Of a stretch of DNA of 64,000 bases, positions 14,354 through 27,100 are shown in pieces (position 1 is the stretch's first letter; each line of letters opens with the position of its first letter). The notes under the pieces are model-generated. The model saw only the letters and a list, made by a program, of their open reading frames with translations, searched no databases and was not told the DNA's origin. Source of the stretch: Ylistrum balloti (lineage: Eukaryota). The stretch is taken from contig NW_026782707.1 in NCBI RefSeq assembly GCF_031769215.1, positions 620,001 through 684,000 on the forward strand, written 5' to 3'. The translations under genes and the position numbers were made by a program.

Positions 14354-15624
14354 ACCTGAGAAGGAAACTCCAATTTGCGACGATCTATTTTTAGAAACGG
14401 ATGCCCCGCAGTTTATAGAGCGTGAAAAACTGTTTAACTGTTGTGGCTTGTGGTACACTTTGAAAATCTAAATAATACAGGATCTCCAATAGGGTATCGG
14501 ATTTTTCTTACGTGTATTTGATTTTACATATATTTGTAAAATAGACCGATTCAGTTGACACACGGACTTAAATATATCTATATAGATTCGTTACTGACAG
14601 CATCAGTAGGTCTTAATGACGAAATATGCATTGGTATAAATTCCATTTTCTTATCACTGCTAATTGATAACACACTTTTGGCAACATTCATAGATCGTAT
14701 TCGGTTTTGCTGAATGTAAATATATTGTAGCAGTCGTAAAGCGGTGTGATTATTATTGTTATCATTAATTATTTATTGTTACAATGTAATAGTTTATGTT
14801 TCATCATTTAAGGTCTTTAATGGTTCCTGTCTTTACATTGAATTTCTTCGTATCTGTGATGTTCCAGTACATCAATACTGGAAATATTTTGTGTAATCTT
14901 CAAGTGATATTAATAATACCCACCTAAAGTGTGATATTATGATGAAATCTACCGGTATGAAGTGTAGCCACGACATATTGTGAAACAATGTAGTTTTCAG
15001 CGACATCTTTATGTCTAAAATTATTGATTTGTGAATCGTTAATGTCCTGAACCGAAAGGTCTCGAACTGAATGGATTCATTGATAGCCTCAGTTGTTGTG
15101 TCTGGATTTTGAGAGCGGGGCATTTAGTGTTAAATAAGATGAGGTTATGCCGGTAAATATCATACTGATAAGTGTTTAAATGTTAAATTAAATAGTTAAC
15201 TCAAGAAAAATGTCCTGCATATTGCAAAAGAAATATTATTAAATAATTTAATGCATTTTTATTTCCCCAAAATCATAGTCAAAATTGCCATTGCTTTTTT
15301 GTCGAAACAAACAAATTCAATGAATCATTGTACTTCGGTCTGTAATCGGAAGATGAATCATTAGGAATTTTTAAAACGGGTATCTATCATAAATGAATTT
15401 TGAGACATCTTATTACAAGGGACAAATATATATATATATCCGAAAAAAAACATCAAAGACATGAAGGTGAGCAGTAAGCTACCAACTTCCCACACTCCTG
15501 CAACTGACTGTTTCAAAACATTTAACAGTAAGAGGTGCAAGCTTTGTACGTAAACTCGCAACACCAATTCAATTAAATGTGAGGTCAACGGCCAAAACTA
15601 ACACATCCTCCAGTCGGTATCCTG

Positions 15625-15900
15625 CACATTGGCAAATGTAATATACTTGATAACGTGTGCTATGTGCCATTTGCAGTATGTGGGGGAGACCGAAACTTCA
15701 CTTCTATCAAACAGAAACGCCCGGATCTGCCGGTAAGACATTTCAACATGCCTTGTTATTCGTGGCATGGCATGCAGGTGGTATCCAGTGACCACTACAG
15801 GGGTTTGGATGACCAGCAACGTCTCAGTAAGGAACGACACTGGATCAACCAACTCCAAACCTGCTATTAACTCGGCATGAACGAGAGATGATCTTGCTAC
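15625..15900 (+). mobile_element. Penelope-like element fragment, GIY-YIG endonuclease (frameshifted)
   Basis: SCTLANVIYLITCAMCHLQYVGET, then after a frameshift LPVRHFN...RLSKERHWINQLQT.*LGMN: the CCHH-type GIY-YIG signature of Penelope-like elements. Confidence 0.8.
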
Positions 15901-18125
15901 TACGTACAAGTCCAGTCAATAATTCCTGGCAGCCGGTGCATTTCAAGCCACCATTGAGGCAACTAACAAATATCACTCACCTCTCCGCCCCCTTTAAAAA
16001 TTATCTATCTTTTTTCGAATGAACTGACCTGCTCTATTTAATGCACTTTTTGTTTTGTTACTACATCAGCTTTCCTTCCTATTTGAGATTGGCGCCGTTT
16101 ATTAACTCTGGTCCGGAAGTAGAAATTTTCAGTTTTATGGGGCGACTTTTCTGTGGGCGAGTTGACGATCTGGGGACTATTTGACCATATTCAAAATTAT
16201 ATATCTTATATAGATTTATTTTTTGCATTTAACTAGTGGTTTTTATCAAATTACTTTTTATTGTAACTACACATACATTCAACATTTTTCACAATAATTT
16301 TCATATTTTTAATCAAACAATTCCTCATTTAGAATGTGGTCAAGATGTACCGGTAGACTATTGTCCGCAGAGTGTGACGTGCAATTGCTTTCATTGCGAT
16401 CACACATAGGCTCAGTGTCTAGAGTGCAAAACATACCTAGATTTATGTAAAACATTTTTAATATTTTAATCACCATCTTACATACAACAACTTGGGATTT
16501 TCTTTAAAGGGCCTTCGGCGTCCATCGGCAGAAGGAATTATCGAGACACCTAAATTTACACCACCGCTATCGATTTAGATTTATAACTTTGTGCTTGTTT
16601 TATGTTCTATGTATGTGATGTATTTTATGCAATATTTGTGTCTTGATAAAGGGGCAGGTTGCCTCGAATATTTGACAATTCGCTTGTCCGTACTGTCGCT
16701 ATTACTTCACTGACCATATATATAAGAAATAACACGAAACGGTGATAATGGGCATGACGGTTTTTGTGTCATGCATTCAAGAATAGCTATAGCATTTCAA
16801 TCGCTCCATGAATTAGCTTTCAGCGAATCACAGGAGGAAAAACTGTTCTAATATATTTTAACAATAAAAATATAGGGAATGATATGCCCACCACTTTATT
16901 TCAGGTATAAAAACTACGTTTTTCCTTTACATGGTGTTGATGGCAAAATAATTCAACCATTATTGTAAAATCATTCACGTAAAGTAAAACATTAATAACG
17001 ACGTTTTTAGAAAGAATGATGGATTCAAAATGCAGTTTTTGTCACCAGTACTATGTCCCAGTATATGAAGGAAACATGATGGACATGAATGTTTTAAGTT
17101 TGTGTTTCATTGTGTCCACGAGATGTTCTTGATGTGTAGATATTGATATGTATAAACGTACCACACAGCGATTCTAAAGATGCCGGTTGATGATGTTTAT
17201 TACAATATTTAACTTCTGATTCATGATCCCGTAGAGAAATATGATGTTATTGGCACAATGTATGTCTAGTGGTTTCGTCGTTTTAAAACTTGTCCTCAGT
17301 CTGTAGTTGGATAGACCAAGAACTTTTCCATGGTCTGAACACGAATCAGGTAGATCTGTGACGTTTGGTATATCAGGTATTTATATTGCTACTACCTAGG
17401 GTTGGCGGATTATAATCGAAGCTATGTGTTCTACTACTATATGGGTGATAAGTGCCGTGGTGATCAGCTTTGGATGCTGTGACAGCTACCATAAACCCCA
17501 CCTTTCCTATGTCACCAACAACTTCAGCTCTGTGAGAAGAATCGGTGAACACCATAAAGTAAGCGGATTTGTATATTGATGTTTGTGATATCAATTACTA
17601 TTCGGAAATATAAACAAATAGTCGCTTTCATTCATTTTTTTATAGAACAAAATTATAACCAGAATTGAAAGCAATTCGTGAAGACATGGATTCGAACGCA
17701 GGAACAAAGAGCTACATTTGTAAGAATGGTCATCACCAATGACATTATGACATAGCCGAGACCTAGAAAAAGTCTGTCACATATGAATGTTTCCGCTCCA
17801 ATACAAACTATAATATGATCAATGATTGAACTTAAAAGTTACATAATCTGGCTAATATGAGCCAATTTTATTGTAAAATATAAAGACTATACAGAAAACA
17901 ATGTGAAATATCCAATTCAGGACAATCTTCACGTATAATATCTTCTTTCCAAAACATGGCAATTTTGTTTTCTAAATAAGTCATTGACTCAACAACATGA
18001 ATGGTTATTATTATACAAAAACAGCAGTGAGAAATTATTGTCGTCGGCGGCCTTTTTAGGTATGGGTCTCGTTAAAACATTAACTGCGTGCTGATTCTGT
18101 CCGGGACGTTCTGTGTTAGGCTGCA

Positions 18126-21100
18126 TTATTGTGGAGGTGGAAGGAAAGATTCTATTCTAAGCCCCTCGCCGTCTGGTGCCATGTATGAATCTGAACCTCC
18201 TTCCAGTGTTGGGGTAGAATGGGTCTCGTCCGCGCTGAAAGAATTCAGACTACTTGGTTAACATCAAAGCGACTGGACAAAAGGTGTTATATTATATCTC
18301 TATAATTGAAACAATTATGAACTGAAATATAACATTACCAAAATTCTTCATTTAATTACATTAACATGATTATACTGTTAATCATCTATTATCAGAANNN
18401 NNNNNNNNNNNNNNNNNNNNNNNNNNNNNNNNNNNNNNNNNNNNNNNNNNNNNNNNNNNNNNNNNNNNNNNNNNNNNNNNNNNNNNNNNNNNNNNNNNNN
18501 NNNNNNNNNNNNNNNNNNNNNNNNNNNNNNNNNNNNNNNNNNNNNNNNNNNNNNNNNNNNNNNNNNNNNNNNNNNNNNNNNNNNNNNNNNNNNNNNNNTC
18601 ATTCACTTCATTGACTCAAACTATTTTATTCATCCAATTAGCCATACAGTTTTTAACAACACAATAGTATAACACATACCAGACTTGTACTTCGAACAAT
18701 CCTTCTGACCCGAACTTGTACTCACTAAATTTTTTGTTTGGCCATCGAACCTACAGTGGACAAAATCGGCTTATTAAGGTAACAACATAAGACATAAGAG
18801 TATAGGATATATCGTCAGTAGTGCTTGTTGACCACTTTGTCTCGATGGTAAAAAAAAGCTTAGAGTAATACAATGCAGGTATGTGTCAATCGAAGTCAAA
18901 ATATTGAACACCAAGCTAGAAAGATTCAGATGCTGATATAAACAAAGTGAAGCCGAAACTTCGAACGCAATCTGATATCCTGTTAAAACAGTTAGAGCCA
19001 AAATCCAAAAAAAAATCTACTCTGTCCAATGATTGTTTATTCTTAGTTTTAAGATCGAATAAATAGTCCGTTTGCAGACATTGTAGCAGTTATAGCAGAC
19101 AAAAATACATACAATAACTGTTCCGTGTTGATGCACCCTGGTGACCACGCCCATCGTCCCCGGTCCTCCGTCTTCATCACCCTTACTCCAGTTATCACCT
19201 ATCGCAAAACAGCTTTAGTCGTAACATTATATAATTCCAGGAACTGAGAGTTCTGGAGATATACCTCTGTTTACAGCGTGGCATTATCATTGTTTCGTCA
19301 TTTCATCATAATGCAGAATTCAGAAATATACCAATATTTGATATTTTATTTCCTTCTAATTTTACTTGATTAAATTCAGAAAAAGAAATATTTAAGTTAA
19401 TTCACTCAACACAAAACTAGCTTGTCACTTACCTCGTTTGACATAACAACCGGGAGCAATCATTTCGTCCCTTCTCAGAACTCTCTTTTCCGTCACGGAT
19501 ACGACCTCACGAATACCATCTTTGTAATTGTAACAGTTTCTGTGTGAATTGTCCCATTCCACCCAAACCATGCCTAGCATCAAATAACGAATTAAAAATG
19601 ATACAATGTGACCTCAATGGATATATATATATATATATAGAAAGAGAGAAAAAATTCAACAAGACACGTTGTATATTTTCCTTAGAGTGGAGTGTAAGTA
19701 AACAACTTCTTTTTCAGTAAAGATCATACGACTGATATAATAATTCCTTTGAAAATGATAATGATAATATACAGTAAAGCATGTATACCGGTCTTTCCAT
19801 GATTACAAACTGTTCCTGGACCCTTGTTGTCCTGATGGTCAGGATAGTGCCAGCCAGGACCCCGCCGTACACGTGTTCCAAGCGGCGGGAGATCAGGGTC
19901 GTGTTCTGAGGTCAGATGCTCGTCTTCTGCATCATCTAACTTTATCATTAATTCGCCAGCTATACTTACTATATCCTCCTGATAACACAAATTAGACAGG
20001 TATCTGTTACCGGTATTGTTCATAGAAACATAGCAATAGTCACTTTATAACTCATTAATGCCTACTTTCATATTATCTTCTTTATCAATCTACATCTAAA
20101 CCTATATTATCGCCTTTATCATTTACATCTACTTCCATATTATCACCTAGTATATCTGCGATATGATGACGACATATTTTTATTTACATTTACTTCAATT
20201 TATACTTAAATTTTTGACGACAATTATAAACTTATTTTGGAGCAGGTTGAAGACTGATAAGGTGGCGAGCCTCTGACGAGGCACGTTTGTCTTTCTGTCC
20301 AGAGCCAAAACCAGACACTGAGCACGTATTATATTTATCCTGTAACATCTATTGAAAACTCAGACTATTGAAACTTCATATTTATGTTATATAAATGTAA
20401 TATTTAGATACATATAAAGAGAGTAGCTCCGTCGTATTAATCCATATACAAATACACAGCTGTTTTATGTCTGCCGAATACAACCCAAAATGGCAGCGCT
20501 AGTAGCAGGATTAATCACTGAGGCGTATTCGGTATCTTGACATAGCGATGTTGCCATAGATAGAAATCTGTACATGTATATATATACCTACAAGTTTTAT
20601 CAATTCATGCCTTTTACATATAAATAATTTAGATGAAAAGACTAACCTTGTCTTCCTGAGACTGCATGGGTAAATAATCATTCAAAAATACTTTTAATAA
20701 CGCGTCAGTTTCTTCCGAACTCTTGCCCGGAACTAGTTCTAGGACTTTCTTACACAGCGAAGCCGCACGGACCTGAAATAATGATTAAGTGCCTACTTTC
20801 ACGTAACACCATAAGCAGTTTACAAATGTCACGTATACAAATAGAACAAAATTAACGACAACAAAACTCTAAAATAACCATGTGTACCAATCGCAATTAA
20901 TTACCTTAAAACTGTGTTTATGATGAAAGAATGACTACAATGTAAAAAATTCACTGTTATTGCTTGCGAGAAAATTATCAAGTTATTAGCTTACTGTCAG
21001 TTTGGACCAATCCACTAACCGGTCGCGTTTTATTGGACTGAACACTTTTCCTCCGGTACATTTTGAAATCTCTTCCAACGTTCTCTGAAAAAATAAATTT

Positions 21101-24100
21101 CCTGCTCTTGTAAATAAATCATGTTGTTTTATTATTAACTGTGGTCTTTACATTTGTTATCTTTTTGTAAAATGTAAACGAACTGAAAATATTTTGTATC
21201 ATTTTGAACCTAATACAATTATGACCTTTACATCAAAGTTAGTAAAAACTGTGTTATTCTAAACATAAACAAAATTTGGACATCTATGGGACGACACATC
21301 GACAGCTCTACACTGTATAGAACTAGTTTTTTTAATATGAGTCACAGACCGATGAAAAACAAATAAGAAGCAGTTCATAAAGGTGATGTTACGTTATGCC
21401 TTTTCGGCAGTCCTTTTTACAATTCTTTGGAAGTTATGCTCACCGTGTTCGCATTTCCCACCGGTACACAATAAACAATGTTTCGTCGCTTCTTTAAATT
21501 CTTTGATACTTGTTGAAGATTTCCGTCGACCTGAAAACATGATAATAAGAACGACCTTGTTCCACCAATCAAGTAGCATTTCATGGCACACATACACTAA
21601 GGAACAATCAGAGATATATAACTACATTCCTGTTCGTGAAAAATTCTCAGTCGAGGCATTAACGCCCCATTTTCAAGATCAAAACATTCAATTGAAAAAC
21701 GAAAATAGCAAAAGCTGAAGAAATAGAAATTATAATTATATGCATTGTATATATAATAAACAAATAACTTCTAGACAAATATTTTGTTTCACACGATAGT
21801 GCTTTCTAACCAATATTTATTACTTTTTGCACTATACACCATCGCCATTAAAATCTATATTGATTATAATCAGCTTTATTGCCATGTACTCATAGACTGA
21901 TTGAAATAAAAATTAAACAATAGTTGAAAAAATGATGAAACCGCTTTGGACAAAGATGTACATTACCAAAACATGTTCATATGGACAGTATTCACTTTGA
22001 GTTAAATGAAAGCTTGACTTCAATAGCTTAAGAATGAACGAAGGCATTGTGACCAATACAAAATGGAATAAACTGATGAATATCGAAGGAAAATGTAGGA
22101 AAAAAATTAGAGTGCATTAAACGAAATATTTATTTCATATAACATATGTTTTCTCTTTTCTTTTTATAAATACTTTGTAATTATCTGTGTTAACAAGTTA
22201 TTAATTTCAATATTCTAGACTTATTATAAATAATCGGAATTCATTTCCTTTTTGGGCTGGCTTCATTTTTTTTTATAATTATATCCTGTCGTTCATGTCA
22301 GTTTTAAAAATTGATATAAATTATACAGAAGTTCACTCAAAAAATCAGTTTCCCCATAGAGTTACCCTTGGTTTTGGATGCTTTGGATTTAAATGATGTT
22401 ACCATTACCATTTTTATTTTATAAATGTATGGCTGAACTATGATATATGAAAGGTAATGTCTAGTGGTCACATAATTAAATCTTTTCATTTATCTAAACG
22501 TATTAAAGTTAACTAGGCCCGCTGTCGAATTTAAATACACTAAAAAGTGAAGACATATTTATTGAATCAGAGAGAAATGATAGAAGAGGGAGGCGAGAAA
22601 GATATCATGATGAAGTACGTGTTGCCTAGATATACAGACTACCCCCTTTCTGGTAATGTTACCAAGGGGAAGTACGTGTTGCCTACATATATAGCCTACC
22701 CCCTTTCTGGTAATGTTACCAAGGTGAAGTACGTGTTGCCTACATATATAGGCTACCCCCTTTCTGGTAATGTTACCAAGGGGAAGTACGTGTTGCCTGG
22801 ATATATAGCCTACCCCCTTTCTGGTAATGTTACCAAGGGGAAGTACGTGTTGCCTACATATATAGGCTACCCCCTTTCTGGTAATGTTACCAAGGGGAAG
22901 TACGTGTTGCCTGGATATATAGCCTACCCCCTTTCTGGTAATGTTACCAAGGGGAAGCACGTGTTGCCTGGATATATAGCCTACCCCCTTTCTGGTAATG
23001 TTACCAAGGGGAAGTACGTGTTGCCTACATATATAGGCTACCCCCTTTCTGGTAATGTTACCAAGGGGAAGTACGGGTTGCCTGGATATATAGCCTACCC
23101 CCTTTCTGGTAATGTTACCAAGGGGAAGTACGTGTTGCCTACATATATAGCCTACCCCCTTTCTGGTAATGTTACCAAGGGGAAGTACGTGTTGCCTGGA
23201 TATATAGTCTACCCCCTTTCTGGTAATGTTACCAAGGGGAAGTACGTGTTGCCTAGATATATAGTCTACCCCCTTTCTGGTAATGTTACCAAGGGGAAGT
23301 ACGTGTTGCCTGGATATATAGCCTACCCCCTTTCTGGTAATGTTACCAAGGGGAAGTACGTGTTGCCTAGATATATAGGCTACCGCCTTTCTGGTAATGT
23401 TACCAAGGGGAAGTACGTGTTGCCTACATATATAGGCAACCCCCTTTCTGGTAATGACCTATCAACAAATAAAGAAAAGCATTGATGATTCATTACTCAC
23501 TTCCATCACATTTCACCACATACAACAAAAGTGTGGGTGATCTGAACCCGATGAGACCAGACATCTGATCGATACGGGATTATACCAATCACCAAGTACA
23601 ATATGTAAAATTAATAAGAAAAAAGATACCATTCCGTGGCATTTAACACTAGCAATAGTTGTGGTGAAAAGATTATTTGATCGCAATCATGATATACCTA
23701 TCACCATTTGTCAAGGATTGAATTACTGATAAATGTGAGTTATTTACCCGTAAACTGGACCGCATGTCCTCTTCCTCAGCTCTCATCAGATCTGGTCCGG
23801 TCTTGATGTGATCAGGTGTACCTTTCCCGTCAGATATCAAGATGATTCTCGCGAGGATCGGAATTTCCCCAACAGAGATTACATCAGCTACGACATTAAA
23901 AAAATCTTTTAATACCATCGTACACTTTCATTTTATGGTGACAAAGCTCGTTATAGAAAAATAGATTATGTATTCAGATGCTCAGGTGTACCTACCGTTA
24001 CCAAGACAACCAGCAAGGGCTACAAGTAGACCGCCTCCAATTGGGCTTCGACCTCTTGGAATCAAAGACCATATTTCTCCTGAAAACAAGTATATATCCT

Positions 24101-27100
24101 CATGAATCTATAAACACATATCGTAAGTTTCCTGAATTGTTTCAGGGTATTGGAAATTATCATCCCCGGATGCAATAATGTTCCAGCGACAAGCTGTTCA
24201 TGGCGATCACATATTCAGATTGTTTAAATTTGGAACGTACACACACAACACCTTTAAACGCTCGCTATTTGGTTAAAACGTGCATTTTTGTCATTTCATT
24301 TTTTTCACTCTAAGTAAAAATTTGGTTTTTTTCAGATTGGACTTATGCAACACTTAATCCTTACGCAGGGTGGCTTTTACGGCACTATAATTGGATGTAA
24401 GATGGATCCACACTTTTGTGACACATCCAAAGGTTGTTACTGATATATTCTCTGTCAGATCAGAAATGTGTGACACCTGTTCAACCCCTGTAAAAACAAT
24501 GTAATATTCTAGATAAACTAATATATCAAATACAAATTTATATAAGAATATATATTACAGATGAATAGTACAGACAAGGAAATTGTCAAATTTAAAATCG
24601 ATCTGCTTCTTTGTCAATACACCAAAGTAAAATATTGGTAATAAATGTGATGTGATATTTAATTATCTCCCCTCGACCACAATACAAATAGGTATATAAT
24701 TTCCTAAACACGATAAAATGTTAGAATACGAGTGAAATATATATTGAACATAAACTTACACCAGAATTGTCTATATATCTTGACATAAAGACTTTTTTTT
24801 TTCTTTTTTCGAACAAATGTTTTATCCTAAGAAGGAAACATACCTTCGACGTATTTCATTGCGAACGACATCATTTCCTCAAATGGTGCTCCTTCCATGC
24901 TCTGAGATATGTCTAAACACAGAACAACATCAGGGCCCTTACATCGAACAATGTGACGCTGGGAATCTTAAAAAAAACCACAACAGTTGCATTTTCAATA
25001 ACAATTCGAATGAATTCTGAATATTTCATTTACATATATTGTTTTTATTGCCTCTCTTTTAATTGCTATATCAACTACCGCAGAACATGAATATCCCCAT
25101 AAGTAAACGAAATCATTTTGAATCAAATCACGTGATCACGTTATTTTATATATATCTTCACCTTTGTTTTTTTCCTCTTCAGCGTATGAATGCCACTGCT
25201 GCCACACAAGATCAGCCAGGAGAGCGCCACCCTCACCTCCAACAAGACTGTCAGCACTTAAACCTGGTAAAGTGAAAATTGTGAGAACTCTACCTCGATT
25301 ACTTACATATACATAGTGTATTTATTGTGCTTTCTGAGCTGACATGTTACCTGTATACTCGATAATTGTATGTTATAATGTTTTATATATTGCATTTTTT
25401 GGTACAACACACTCTATACAAAGATTGCTAAAAACGTATTTACTGTAAAGATTGTTGACACATTTAATCTTATACACACTATGCAGAAAGATCACATTTC
25501 CACGGAAAAATACTAACACACTGTACAGAATAATAGCATTTCCTGAAAAAAAAATTTACAAACACACTGTAATAATCTATCGTATTTCCTAGGAATATCA
25601 CTGACACACTAAAACGGACGATCTTATTTTTTTATTTATTCTTTATTATTATATTTTTTTAACACTTGTAACATACTTTATCTACTGATAATAGTTCCAG
25701 ATACTACATTACCTTGTCCAGGTTACATGATATATAAGGCACATTTCGTATCTTATTACATAACGGTCATCTTGTTTTAAGATAATCGCGTAACACTCAT
25801 ATATAGCCACCAAAATATATTTTCAGAGTAATACATAACAAAATTAATTCTAAAAAATGATAATGTGCTTGATTTTTAAAAAGTTGAAACCTTCTTTATT
25901 ATATAAATTGAACGTATTTTCTTGGAAGTAAAATCTAGAGACGTAGTTAATGTAAAAAATTCATTTTACCCAATTCATCCAGTTTGTTCTAAACAATGAT
26001 TCGCCCTGTACGTAAGCAAGAGAACACGACATGACTTTACTCGTCGATACAATATCCTAACTCGGAAGCAATATATAAAATACATATAATACTTACCAGG
26101 AATCCTCTTGAAATCTGCCTCGAATCTATGAAAAAATAATCATACATTTGATAAACTTCTGAGAAGGTTATGGGAAGATGTAAACTCTGTATGTTTATCT
26201 TAGTGAACAATAAAGTTACACGTTTAACGAAAGACATATGATGCAAGACACGCAAAGTGCATTTCAAGCGGGATATCAATTTAGTACTATTATTGACTTG
26301 TAAGACAAATATGTTATTACAAAGACCAGACATCATTAAGGAAATCCTTTCATACCTAGCCTCCTGTGCCTTGATACGGACATATGTGTTTTTAATGTTT
26401 ACATTAGCTTCATCAGAATCTGATTCTCTAGTACGTGGTCGCTGTCTCTGTTCGGCCAGCTTGTCTGCGTTATGTCTATTGTCAGTGTCCTCTTGTGTCA
26501 GACGTCTTTTAAAACCGGATAAGCAGACAACTGATGGTAAGTCATCCACGGGATCTGGCGTCTGTTCCTTAGTGTTCCTTTGTTTGTTTTTTCCATCGTT
26601 TTGCTTTTTCTTTTGAACGTGTGCCGGATCATCAGTCCTTCGCAAGTGCTTGTCGTGGAGTTTAGAATTACTTTGGACGTTTGCGTCTCTCAATTCTCTG
26701 TTCCTTACACTACTTTCCGTTACCCTTTTCTTTACAACATCGTTTATATGACCTTCTGCTTGTTTAGCTTTATCGATTGTGTTTATAACATCATCGATTC
26801 TACCACACATTACGTTTACAGATATTTCTAGATCTCTCAAACTTTTGTCCCTTGTGTCCATCTTTTGTGTTAACATTCTGGCTCTGCTCCCCATGTCTGA
26901 AATGATATTTCAATTTTGTGCATGTGTTTTTGAGACATTTCAAATACGAGTATCTGAACTGTTTATCGATTTCAGAATGATCGTTAATATCCAGGAGGAA
27001 TACTGGCGCCCACCTTGGTATGATCTTCATCGGTTCTTTATAAGTTGCATCTTTCCTCTTATTTGTTATCCTTTATTTGTGAGATTGTTAGGTGAATTGA

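Noticed and set aside
20250-20330. CTGATAAGG...CTGACGAGGC, a possible hammerhead
   Set aside because: No GAAA follows a closable stem II on either strand.
22547-23485. 312-aa ORF of KYVLPTYIAYPLSGNVTKG repeats (and the antisense 133-aa ORF)
   Set aside because: This is a stop-free frame of a 57-bp (multiple of 3) intronic minisatellite. The flanking gene B exons join in phase without it.
25063-25275. Plus-strand ORF with apparent acceptor and donor
   Set aside because: It is the reverse complement of gene B exon 6, which has clear paralogous support on the minus strand.
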